From the NCBI RefSeq assembly GCF_011386835.1, contig NC_088804.1, positions 29,884,001 to 29,948,000 on the forward strand: DNA of 64,000 nt, read 5' to 3'. Made by a program: the position numbers and the translations under genes. Below, one piece after another: positions 51,549-63,907 of this stretch (position 1 is the first letter of the stretch; every line of letters begins with the position of its first letter). The notes beneath the pieces are model-generated. The model saw only the letters and a program-made list of their open reading frames with translations. It had not been told where the DNA came from and made no database searches. Source of the stretch: Chrysemys picta bellii (taxonomy: Eukaryota).

Positions 51549-52887
51549 CACTTATTTGGTACTTCTGGGGCCTATGACTACATAGTCTGCTCCATTAAAG
51601 GGCAATATGTTCATACCAACCAGTACTAGAGCTTTTGTAGTCATATTTAATCACACACAAAAACAGGATTCAATAGAAAGCAGTGCTGCATATACTATGT
51701 AGGAGGACACACAGACACAAACACAGTTTAGTACTCTATAGATACACTTTGTTTTTTAAAATGATGTATATTCTAGATCTATTTCTCTCTCTTCTTGGTT
51801 GATATTTTACTTTGTAACTAGATTTGCTTGCTATATTTTTTTAAAGTTGTTATATTGGCTATTGGCGATATAAGCTTAGGGAAATTTCTAACTGATCTGA
51901 CACTTTATCCTCAAATTGTTTCTTCTTCCACTTTCACTACTAAATAATTTTATTTATGAAGTACCTCCAGGCAAAACTCCCTGAGCAAGCTCTGTGCATC
52001 AAATAATAATAATTTAGAGTCCATGAATAAAACATTATAAGTTCACCATGTAAGAGTTTAACAAAAAACAAACACAAACAAACAAACAACCCACAATCCA
52101 AGGCCCTGTAGAAAGAGGGAGAATAAAAGGGAACGAGAAAGGAATAAATACAGGGCCAACAGTGGTTAAATATAAACATTGGTTAAAAAAGTTTTAAAAT
52201 ATATCTTGGAAACTTCTTTTCTGCTGCAGATCTCCCTCTTTTCTGCTGCAGATCTTCATTCAGTTGTGTCAGACCTACACCATGACCACTGGTACATCCT
52301 GGCTGCTCTTAAGCTGCCATGTTCATATCAACTGCTACTTCAATATTATGTCTTCCCCTTTTGACACAGCTTGCTTGGCCTTCCAGCTTCATGCAATCCA
52401 TGGTTGGTGGGATATGTGAAATGTCATTCAATCCCAGCTCCAGCCAACCTTAGAGACAACATTTCAGAGAACTCATGCCCCCAAACATTTTGATTACCTG
52501 GAAATTTCATGAGCAGATTATGAAATGGGATCAAAATTCCCCTGTGTTTTCTCTCCCACAGCCAATATAATAAATATTATTACTTTTTAATCACAGAAAG
52601 CAATCTAGTTATGGAGTAAAATATCAACAAGAAGAATTAGGTCAGTAGATGGTGCTATAATATTGGTTTTAGCTTGTCAGCAGTGATTTTTGAAGAAAGG
52701 TTTATAGCATGATTAATGTTTCTAAACACACAATAAAATAATACATATGTATGTTTATATATAAAATAGTCAAAATTATTTTATAATTCTATAACTTTGG
52801 AGTTTTAAATCAAATTTATTTTATTGTGTACAGCTTGCCAAAAAACTAGACACATCTCTGGAAACTGTTTGGTTCTCTCTCTCTCTT

Positions 52888-53497
52888 CTGACAACAATGT
52901 TTATTAAATGAACTGTTTCAAAACTTTCCACTGTTTTTTTTTAATGGATTCACTTTTGCCCTGTCTTCATGCAAACATGCATTACTTCATTGAGACAAGA
53001 GATCATCAATATTATTGATACTAGTAATAAGGAAGGCAATTCAATTAGAAAATAAAGCCCTTTATTATCATTATTATTTATGACTTCACTGTCATGGGAC
53101 TTAACCCCCATCACCTGCAAGGCAAGGGAAAGAAACCCTATTAGTTATGCTCAGCATCTGGGGGCATGACGTGGTCAGAGGAAGCTGAGTTATAAGTAGA
53201 TTGATGGAGTGGGAAAGATGGTATAGAAGAGAGGCCTTTCTGATTAAGAGAAACCCTGGGCTGGGGTGCAAAAGGCAGGATACTGCAGGGGAACCATACT
53301 GAAGTCTGGGTGGGTGGAAGGACTATTAATCTGAAGACGTGTTTGAACCTTTATTTGGACTTGCTGGTGGTGATCTTGATGATCTCTTGTCTCAATGAAG
53401 TAATGCATGTTTGCATGAAGACAGGGCAAAAGTGAATCCATTAAAAAAAAACATTGGAAAGTTTTGAAACAGTTCATTTAATAAACTTTGTTGTCAG
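52888..53497. repeat. 122-bp inverted duplication with 366-bp spacer
   Basis: 52888-53009 is the reverse complement of 53376-53497 with 2 internal substitutions, and both arms are bordered distally by CT/AG tracts. Confidence 0.9.
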
Positions 53498-53670
53498 GAG
53501 AGAGAGAAGAGGTTTCGAGTTTGATGTGGTTTGGCCAGAAGGCCAAGCTACACAATGCCCTGAGTGGGAGTTGAGAGAAGATGCATGCTGAGAAAGGCTA
53601 TTAAGGAAGACCCTGGTAGGGGACACCAGAGATAAGGACCTAGTGCAATACTGCAATTAGAGACAAAGGA
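53090..53670 (+). mobile_element. Possible LTR remnant containing the right arm of the inverted duplication
   Basis: Starts TGTCATGGG with purine-rich, LTR-like composition. Right end and TSD not resolved. Confidence 0.3.
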
Positions 53671-53711
53671 GTGTCCATGAGATGAGAACTCACACAACAT
53701 GTGTGTTCATG

Positions 53712-53825
53712 TATCAGAGGGGTAGCCGTGTTAGTCTGAATCTGTAAAAAGCAACAGAGGGTCCTGTGGCACCTTTAAGACTAACGTTAGTCTTAAAGGT
53801 GCCACAGGACCCTCTGTTGCTTTTT
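53712..53825. mobile_element. Short palindromic Penelope-like insertion
   Basis: 15-bp TSD ACATGTGTGTTCATG (53697-53711, 53826-53840). Perfect spacer-less palindrome with 43-bp arms centred at 53785/53786. Confidence 0.9.
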
Positions 53826-54989
53826 ACATGTGTGTTCATGGTATTTAATGCACAATTGAAATGCAAATTCCTTGCCCTGAATATCTTACACCCTTAATTG
53901 TGCTATTTGCGGGGTGGGGTGTTAAGCTGAGTGCAGTGCAGGTTTGTCATTGTTCATTGTAGCTTTTTGCCATAGCTGTGCATTGGGACAGCCGGAGTGA
54001 TTCTGTTTCAGAGATACACAATGACTCCTAGAGATACTTGTTGTGTTAGGGGAGTGCAATCTGCAGCACTCGTTTTGAGGGACGCAGCATATGCCTTTCC
54101 AGGCAGCCGTTCAGCTCTACTAGCAGTCATATAGGGGAGGGATGGAGCCAGGTCTTTGCCTGCTCTATGCACTTGACCTTTGCCAGCCCTGGTTTTGACT
54201 GAGTTGTACTTGGAAGAAAAAACTTTGGTAGGAGTCTCTGCCATCCCCTGAACACAGAGCTGCAATTCTGGCCAGTCCTTACATGTGCAACCTAGGGTTG
54301 AGGAGCCTCTTTAATCCCACCCCTATCACTACATGACAGCATAAGAGCAGGTCATAATGTGGCCCTACATGGTCAGGGCTTGTTTATGGGGCAAGTTACT
54401 GTGCGGCCAGCTAGAGTAAGAAATTGCAGCACACCAGTTTGCCAGGCTGTAAGTTGCCATGTGAACACGGCTACCTGCAGTGACAGTCCCAGAATGTGGC
54501 TTTGCAGTGACAACACAGTAAGTTACTGTGTGGCAAGATGGTATGCTTCAGAGTCACACCCTGGCTTGAGCGATGGTGACGCCAATGCGATGGTAACGCC
54601 AATGATTCAAGAATCACCTGCCCACATATTCAAAATTAAGATAATAAGGAGCATCCTGTACAAAGTTATTCTTTTTGAGGTATATGTGGGAGCCAGCAGA
54701 GCAACTAGCTGAGGGCTGCACTTTCACCCCTTTGTTATCCATGGGATGGCTTAAAACTAAACCAATCTGAATGTAGAATATTCTACACAACATCAGGGAA
54801 TCGTAAATTTCAGCTCGATATTGATGAAGTCTCCCCAAACTATGCAGATTAAAGCACTTAATGCATTTGGAATATCTTCCACCAGCACCTGATATGTGTC
54901 AGAGATATTAATTTGTAGGCATTACCCGGAGCAAATACTATAGCTATATAAAGTCTTTTAGAAAATGTGGATGAATGAACACTGTGATC

Positions 54990-55260
54990 TAATCATGTCA
55001 CAGGGAAGCCAAGTAAATCTTCTCTGTGGACAGAATAGTCCATTCATTGTGGTGAAGGCCCTGCACAAGCTATTAGACTGTGTATTGAATTCCACATTCA
55101 AAAAAGGAAATAGGGTGTGGTGTGACTTCCTCAACAGACTTTCTGCTGGAGAAGGGTATTGGGAGAGAACTCTGCTGCCTGAAGTTGAAATTGGATTTGT
55201 ATGCCTGCCTGGGGCTTGAGGATGGAACAGACCAGGAGTAGCTGAGGCTCTGCAGGACCT
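54990..55260 (-). mobile_element. Possible decayed L2 LINE ORF2 C-terminal fragment
   Basis: Minus translation SHHTLFPFLNVEFNTQSNSLCRAFTTMNGL resembles the L2 motif HITP.L..LHWLPVEFRIQFK.L...FKALNGL. Confidence 0.35.
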
Positions 55261-58200
55261 CAAGCAGACACTTGTCTCACCCTGAATGTGGGTTTACAAC
55301 TGAACTGAGACATGACAGATTTGTTATAGTCTATGTTAGGAGAGTTCACAGGTTGACCTGGATCAGGAGTATTTGAATTTCTTTCCTTCACTTGACTTAA
55401 AGGTTTCTGTTCTTTTCCACTTCGACAAGGTGAGAACTATGCAGTGGGGTAATCATAATTCGAGTAGTGAGCAATACTGTATATTTTGGCCATAACACAA
55501 TAGTACAGGCGATAGCAGGGTGGGTCATCAGAGGTGCTTCCCATTAAATAAAATTAATAGGTGGCCACTAGTACCCAGTGGGACAGAAGGAGGTTTGTTT
55601 GCTCCTCCCTGAGGAACTGCTTCTCTCTTTGCCATCCTGCCCTGTGCTGAACCCCAAAGAAATGTAGCTGAAAGGAGTCACAGCACCACCAATGCTTTAG
55701 TTTGTAGAAGCTTCTTTAAAGCAGAACTAGGCAAGTTACTACTTTCAGATTAGTAGCAAATATTCATTCATTCAAGATTCCCACATCCTGATCAATGAGG
55801 TGTAAAGATATAATTGGTTTATAGTAGCATAGTAGGACTTGCAAAGTACTTGTTAGGGTACAGATACTAGACTTTTACATGTGTTTAAGTTCTTGATTCT
55901 AACAACTCTGAATAAGTTTCAATCAGAAAGAAGTGGCCATTTTGGAATATTAATTTCCCTTTAGAAAGTGCTTGGCAAAACAGCGTAACTTAAAAATAAA
56001 GCCAAAGAGCTGATTATGTCAGTGTATAGAAAGAGCATCTCTATTCCAATCAATGGAATTCCATTAGTGTAAAACCAGTTTAAGTGAGAGGAAAACGAGG
56101 ACCATCGTTTGAAGACTCAGTTCCTCAGTACCAGTAAATGTTCATGAGCATAAAGTCTGCTTCAAGAGTCTTAACTCCGTTGAGAGCACAGTTTGGACCT
56201 TATTGCAGATTTGCACCAGAGCAGAATCTGGCTCCATTCCTGAAATAAAGGCACATTTAAGAATAAGAGAATATCTGTCAGAGGAATCCTACAATATTAA
56301 TGAACAAATTGTTTCAGTTTCTTGTGAAACTAATGCAAAATGCAGTTTCTAATTTAAAATTTCTGTATATTGATGAGAGGCAGGAGCCTATTGCAGTGGT
56401 CTAATGTTCAGCTACTGCTAAGAAAATTCATCTCTCTTTGCCAAGATGTGTATAACCCCATACAGTAGTCTGCTAGTTGCAAACAGACCCCTTTAAACTT
56501 GCAGACTTAAAATGACTCTAAATGGCTGACCAAGAACACATTAAAATTATGTGAAGTCTCAACTGCACCACTTAGTTGATGAAAAAACCTTTGAGGTTTC
56601 AGAAGCTTGTATGTAGTATTGAGTTCAAGATTTTCCCAAGAAGACCTTCAACTCTGGGAAGATTTTAAAGTGGGATGTGTGTGTGTGAATTGACTAACTT
56701 CTACTGGGGAAACTGAGATCATCAATGATATTTTCAGTATGTTGAATACAAGTCATAGTCTCTAAAGGTTAATGGTATTAAACTTCATATTTTGTGCTAT
56801 TGATAGTTGTTGTTACCAAATTGCTCCCAAGCAAAGATGTGTAGCAATAACACACAAGTACATTGTGCAGTTAGGATGTAGCTCATTATAGCCTCATCTC
56901 ATCATGTAAACCACTAGCTCTGGGGTCCATTAATGCACTTAGAATGTGTCTTGTGGGCTTGCATAAGAAACAGATTAATGCTCTTGAAATTGTATTTTAA
57001 TTTTTAAATATTCTTTCAAGACAAAAGAAATCCTCTTTGTGCTGTGCATAAGTAGTGTTTTAAATCTGTGTGATTGTAATGTGGTCATTAATTTAATTTA
57101 TTATTCTCATACATTCCCTCTCCCTCCCCCCATACTGCAAAGGGGTTGGTTTAAAGTGGCAATAACCAGGAAGCTAACTAATGCTCTTCTGTACTTTCAC
57201 TGCAACACAGGCAGTCCAAACCAAACTCAGTTTTCATGTGTTCAGGTTTTTTTTTTTAACCAAATAATTTCTTCATATGATGAAAAAAACACAGTAGCTC
57301 TTAATAGCATTTTAATTCTTTCATTTCACTTGACATGGCCAAGTGTTAAAAATTGCTCATGTCCAAAGAAATAGGAGAACTAGCATGAGACTGAGGAAAG
57401 GGACATTTCAGTGGAGTATCATAGGGAAGATGTCCTTGCAGTGAATCCTACTGAATGTAAAATAATGTCCTAAAAGCAGAAGGTTATTGCTCAAATCATC
57501 TAGACTAAACAAATTACTGGAACATATGTAAAGAAAAATTCTGCATTTACAGAGAAAGAAAGTAGATGTAATAAGGCACATCCATTCCTATGGTAGGCCC
57601 TGATCCAGCAGAGCAATGTGTATAGTTGTGTGTCTATGCCTGCTTGGCAATCACTGATTAAAGGGTATACAGGCTACCCACTTGGATTGTCCAGCAGGAT
57701 TAGGAGCCTAATTTCTATGTGCGCTTGAAATCTGATCAAGGCTGCCCTAAATTATACATCCTCTCTTGGAGGATCTTTCCATCGTTTACTTATACAGTAC
57801 CAGCTATCACAGTACCTGTATATAACTTTGTATAATAAGAAGCCAGATACTTCCCTGAAGAGCCTGTGCAATTCCAGTGAATGGGAATACAAGGGTGTAA
57901 ATCAGGACAGACTGTGTGTTATCCTATCCGTTTGTACTTAGTGTAATTGAATGATGCCTTTGTAGTAAAAATTAAATAGACAGGGGCAGCTCCTCTACTT
58001 GACTTCATTGGAGCAATGACAATTTACACCACATGGGGATCTGGCCCTGTGAGCACAATTCTACCCTCAGAGAGAATCACGAGAGTTACATTCGTGTAAC
58101 TGAAGGCAGCTTTTGGCCCAGTCTGACATGTTCAAAACCTATTGCCATAAATGAAAGTCCTGCATGTGGCCTGAGAGCTGTACAGCTTCTGGCCCTAAAC

Positions 58201-60583
58201 GTGAGGATTATTATATCCAGACAACTTCTCTAAGGGCATTCAGAGGTGTTTACCTTTGGTGGAGAAGGTTTTTTAGTTGTTTGTTCATCTCATTCGGAGT
58301 TCAATTAGAGCATAAAGAAACCCAGCAGAGAGACTGATATTAGTCAATGGGTAAGCAGCAAATTCTCTGGTAACTTTGATTAGTACACATGTACCAGATT
58401 ACATTGGAAATGTTTGCTCAGATAAACTTACAACATTTTATTTTACTTGACTATAAGGTTATTTCAAATTTGGGATTTAAATTGCTTGGCTGACAGCAAT
58501 AGAAACAAATTCTCAGGAGCTTTGCAGTATATGATAAATGTAATCTAGTAAATATACCTCCTTTTGTAATTTGAGAATGTTTAATTGCCCTTCTTATGTT
58601 CTACATAAAGTCACTCTCACAGTATAGTCTGGAATAATATTTGTCAGATCATTCTAACCCAGATCAGCAAATCACTTTAGTATGTGCTTAACTTCAAGCA
58701 TGTGAGTAGCTGCATAGTAGTTGGTGGAATTGCTCATGTATAAAGTTAGGTATATATGAAATGTTTTGCTTTATTAAGCCAGTTGTTCATTCAGGGCCCA
58801 ATCCGCCAACATCTAGTCACACTAGGAATTCTTGGTCCTCTGAGTAGTCCCTTTCAGGACAATCAGAGTAGTCCACTGAGTTAGTAAGGGCTCCATGTGG
58901 ATAAGCCTTATTGGTAAAAACAAAACAAAGAGAGAGAGAGAAAGAGAGATTGGATGCTTGTCTACTAGGAGACCACAAGTTCATGATTTACTTACGTGTA
59001 ATATAATAGAATTTGTATTAGATCAATATCAGGATCAGATGACTATACCCTGTGGAAAAACCTTCAGCATCATAAGTCCTGGTTTCACAATGCTCATTCT
59101 GTGGAAGTAAGAGGATACTATTGAAATAAGTTACCCTAGTGAGACACAGAATTAGAACAATTAGAAATGCAATATATACATTCCCAAGCTCCTGTTCTTG
59201 CCTCCAGCATTACTGCAACTAAATTGGAATACAATATTTTGGCCACTAAATCAACAAATCAATTACTTCTTAGGCAGATGTAGGCTGCATGAAATGGACA
59301 GCTAATATCTCGACTCATTAGAAAGGAGGATAAAGTGAAAAACATATCTTCCTATGGATTTGGAAATAGCGTGGTGACAAAAGAATTAGCTGGATTTCTG
59401 GAACTCAGATCGGTGACAGATGTCTTCCAAAAAGCATCTTTTTTTGTGGGGTTTCCATGAAAGGATGTGGTCTTATTTAGTAGTCTGAAGCTGTGGATGA
59501 CAAGAGAGTGATAGAGAGAAGATGTTAATATGAAAATAGAATTAATCCTGCCAATTAAACTGATTCATGAAGGGAACAGAGTTCCCCTGATAATCAACTG
59601 ATTTGTTTTGTATAACTCCAGTGAGAAATTTTATTAAATGTACTGATCAATGTCTGATTGAAACAAATATCCTATCTGAGCCTTTAAAATTGGCAGAGAT
59701 GCAGATGATATTTGTACATAATAAATAGTCCTTTATTATGGTTTATATTATCAGATGGCACTGATGAAAAATGTTTGTAAATATAGAAAATTGTTTACAA
59801 ATGTGATATACTGAGATCAGTCCTGCCAAGAAAATCTCCTAAATAGATATATCTATCTATATCTATATCACCTAATCTGAGGAGGCTCTTCAAACTTCTG
59901 TATATAATAAGAAGAGCAATGTCATTGTAAATACTGAAAAAAGCTCTGAATCCCAGTGAATGGGAGCATTTATTTGGGAGAGTACAAGAATTCAATTTTG
60001 GATTTAGGTTTTATATCCTAATCTCCCTAGTATGATCTGGAGTAATGTATTTCTCTCAATCCTATTTTCAGTTTCCTGTACTAGCAGACAGAAGTCTTCT
60101 GTCTCCAGTGCTATTTGCTCTAGCAATAGAATCATAAGCAGCATATATTGATGTAAAACCCCAGCAATACTGCTCGTATACCCTGCTCAGTGGATCGATA
60201 TCCGGTGTAATTTATTTGGATGTGGCTACATTCTATTTCTGGGGGAAAAGAATTAAATTAATTACACTAGTGGATAGGGTATTAAAGGTAATTAATGAGT
60301 TTGGCAGGTCTTCTGCTTGCAGCATTAATTGGGAGAAATCCAAGATCTTTCCAAAGTAATAAAGCTTTGCCTTTTGCCAGGTTTCACGTATTCCCTTTTA
60401 AAATGAAGATCTGACTCTTTTCAGCAATTAGGAGTTTATGTAATAACTTTATAAGTTTAGCTCACAAAATAGGTTTTGGAACAGATTCTAAGAGGTTTAA
60501 TTCACTGAATTCCTCATCCTTTTTCTAACAGGAAAGTAAGAAAAAAATCAAAATCATAAATAGCCAGAGATTTGTGGAAGCTT

Positions 60584-60780
60584 TGTATAGTGTTTAGTGC
60601 CAAGGACTATGAGCCAGTATCCCGATTTGACCTTGGGCAAGCCACTTCAACCTCTTTGCACTTCAGTTCTATCATCTTTAAAACAGATTGTTTAAATAAA
60701 TTAAGCATAATAATACTAACCCGCCAACTTTATCAAGGATGTTCATTACCAGGGCTGTGTGGAACTCTGGTTTTATTTTT
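60584..60780 (+). mobile_element. MIR-like CORE-SINE remnant
   Basis: TGACCTTGGGCAAGCCACTTCAACCTCTTTGCACTTCAGTTCTATCATCTTTAAAA matches the MIR core, preceded by a degenerate tRNA-like head. Confidence 0.7.
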
Positions 60781-61734
60781 CCAGAAATCATGTGAATAGT
60801 ATCTTTATCTTGATAGGGTTGTGCACCCTATACATTTAGATGCACTCCAAATCTGAAAGTGATGTTGAGTTTCACTTACTTTCATGCTTAAACCAGATGA
60901 AACCATCAATTTAACATAATGTCAATGCACAACCATAAATTGGCCTGGATTCACTTGAAACTCAGCCCAGTTTCCTCCAGAAACTAAGCAAAGCTTTTGA
61001 CTAACATGAGCTGAGCTTCATGTTTGTGAGAGAACTTGAATACATGTGAGTGTCACACAGTTAGGTAGTTTGCTGCTGCTGCTTTGTGCCTCTCTCCTAA
61101 GTAAGGCCTGATTGTTCTCTTCCACGATTGGGGCTGAACTAAAGAAAATATTTCTCCATTTGGCCTCGTGGGTATTTCTCACTGATGATGCGCAGTGGGA
61201 TTTGACCTGTCCACCAGTGGAATCTGTCCCCCAATACTAGGATGTTTCCAGACTGGTACAGATCTTGGAGCCTAAGAAGGAGACCAGAGTCACCTGTGAA
61301 AGATTTTTTGTACCTTTGCCCTTGTTCTATGCCCCAGCACTGCTTTCTGGCAGTGCTGCTCCAATGGAGCTGTGCCGCCAGGATATACCCAACTGGCAGC
61401 TATTTGGGAAACCCCCTTACAGGAGATCCTTACCAGGGAGGGGAGGCCACGGTGACATAATAAAGCCTTTACTCAGAAGATGACACATACCATCCTCTGC
61501 ATGTGCCCCATTCTTTGTTTCCCCAGCTTGCCTTCCTGCAGCTTCCTCCCTGCAATGGGTTCTTGTTCTATACAGAACCCTCCCTGGCATCCACAGAGAG
61601 GGAATGAAGGTAGAGGCAGCTGATTCTTTTGTTTCATGCAGAGAAATGCGAGAGTGCTCTCTGCACATTTAGCCTGAGGGCATGAAAGGGTACTTGATAT
61701 TTATTCATCTTTCCCGAAAGCTCTTGTGGTATTC

Positions 61735-61838
61735 TTATTTACATTACCATAGCATCTAGGAGTCACAGGCCAGGCTACTATTGTGCTAGGCACTGTACGA
61801 ACACAGAAGAAAAAGATGGTCCCTGCCACAAAGAGCTA
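61735..61838 (-). mobile_element. MIR/L2-like 3' tail remnant
   Basis: TTATTTACATTACCATAGCATCTAGG...ATTGTGCTAGGCACTGTAC...GGTCCCTGCCACAAAGAGCT. Confidence 0.6.
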
Positions 61839-62562
61839 GGAAGCAATCCAAACGTACGGTGACATAAGCAGTGCAGCTAAACTAACTTCAACAGTCACCC
61901 TGCTTATACCACAAACGTGGTCACCTTCAAAAGAGTGCAATTGACATAAAGCTTAGTATGACTGGTTCTGGAGCCACAGTTTACAGTGAAATTGTACTCT
62001 GCTGTAAGGAGCAAAATGATGAAATATGAGAACAGATTTATGTTCGTTATCGTGGATTAGCTGGAGTAAGAGCAATTGATTATTAGGTAGTGTATTAGGT
62101 AGTGTACAAAGGCTTGTTTTAATTAGTTAGCACACCCTAGTGGAAACAGAAAAGTGCCAATTAAGCAATCAGCCCAATTATCGGAGACTCATGGGAATAT
62201 ATTGTGTAATTTAACTTCATCATTTGCTTGAAAAATAAGTATTGCACGAAACATTAAAAAATTCTATATATAATGAAGATTAAGTCATTTAACATAATAG
62301 TATATCAAGGAAGCAGCCTGAAGTGAATAATGGGAATAATTTGCTCAAAATCCCCAGCAATTCACACTTGTAATCTGTGATTAAATAATAATACTTTACC
62401 TGTTGCCACTCATCCTGAACAATCCCAAATTGTTTTATAAAACTTACAGACTATACATAAATGAAAATCACTTTACCCATCTGGGAAATGCAGTCATCTC
62501 TCAGGTTGCACACAGCCTCTGCTTAATAAAACTCAACAGCATGGCTCAACACCTTGAGACAA

Positions 62563-62687
62563 GTATCAGAGGGGTAGCCGTGCTAGTCTGAATCTGTAAA
62601 AAGCAACAGAGGGTCCTGTGGCACCTTTAAGACTAACATGCTCCCAATACCTCTGTTAGTCTTAAAGGTGCCACAGGACCCTCTGTT
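62563..62687. mobile_element. Short palindromic Penelope-like insertion, same subfamily as 53712-53825
   Basis: 12-bp TSD ACCTTGAGACAA (62551-62562, 62688-62699). Perfect 34-bp arms 62605-62638 / 62654-62687 with a 15-nt spacer. Confidence 0.9.
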
Positions 62688-63225
62688 ACCTTGAGACAAT
62701 GAAGTGTGGGCAGCTAGTGAGATGCCTTACAAACAATTTTGATCTTCCATTTAAATAGAGTGGGCAAACAATTTTTCTGTTCTTTGGAGTCATTTAAAGC
62801 TATTTGATCTGTGCCACTTACCAGGAAATTGATTAACTCCTAAGATTCATCTCCCCTTCACCCTCATTGGCTCATTTCACTTCCCGCAACACACTTGCAT
62901 CCACACACAGAGAAAACAGCAGCGTGCAGTTTCTTTCTGCTGTATCTCTTCATCGTCAGTAGAATTGCAGCTACTCAACATATGCCAGCTGAGCAGCTAT
63001 CTCTGGTCCCATCCAACTCCTCTTACTAATTCTGCTGCCATGTTCCCTCCCCTTTTGAATTCAATTTTCATTACTTTGCAACCCATTTATGGGCACAAGG
63101 ACTGTAAATAGCGAACATTTCAAAACTGCTCAGATAAATGTGGACTTCTATCTTGTGTGACTTACAATTCCTGCTAAAGTGTCTACACACTTACCCACTC
63201 ATGGAACAGGAACACTGCCATCTAA

Positions 63226-63500
63226 TGGTATGTCTACACTGCAAACGAAGGTGTGATTACAGGCATGTAATCTAGTTAGCGTGGGTAACAATAGCAGTAT
63301 AGCTGTTGTGGCACAGTCTTCAGCGTGGGATAGCAACAAAAGTGCAAGCCCTTTAGGGACCCTACGTACATACTTGTGTTGCTAGCCCATGCCACCATGT
63401 CTATACTACTATTGTTACCCATTCTATCTAGGTTAAAGCTAGCATGGGTATGCCCACCTATGCTACAATCACACTTTTCACTTATAGTATAGACATACCC
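63226..63500. mobile_element. PIF/Harbinger-type MITE
   Basis: TIRs (T)GGTATGTCTACACT / AGTATAGACATACCC, preceded by TAA. Confidence 0.75.
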
Positions 63501-63907
63501 TACCTGACAAATCATAAGTAAACAACAGAGCTCGAATTGCAAATATCTGTGACTCATCATAGCATAAAAATATTTGGAAACATTTTCAGTGAACAAGTTC
63601 AAATAACTGATCAAGTGGAGGAAACTGAGTTCTAATCACAAATATTCTGTGTACAGAAAAGCAGCTAAGTTTGCTGAATTCGTTGTGGATTGTTTATTTG
63701 CTAGGCACTAGAGCTAAGAGGAGGACAGTGTGAGGAAGAGAAAGTTTGAGCAACGGTACTGAAAAAAACACCTATTTTTCAAACTGTGTGATAGGGTCTT
63801 TTCTGTGTCCATACAGAGCAGACAGAACTTCTCACTTTGAATTTGTGGAGTAAAGTGCTCCTCAGTAAACCTCCATTTATTTCAACAGGGCCACTCGTGG
63901 TGTAAGG

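Noticed and set aside
54570-54603. 17-bp tandem duplication GCGATGGT(G/A)ACGCCAAT
   Set aside because: Two copies only; an ordinary micro-duplication.
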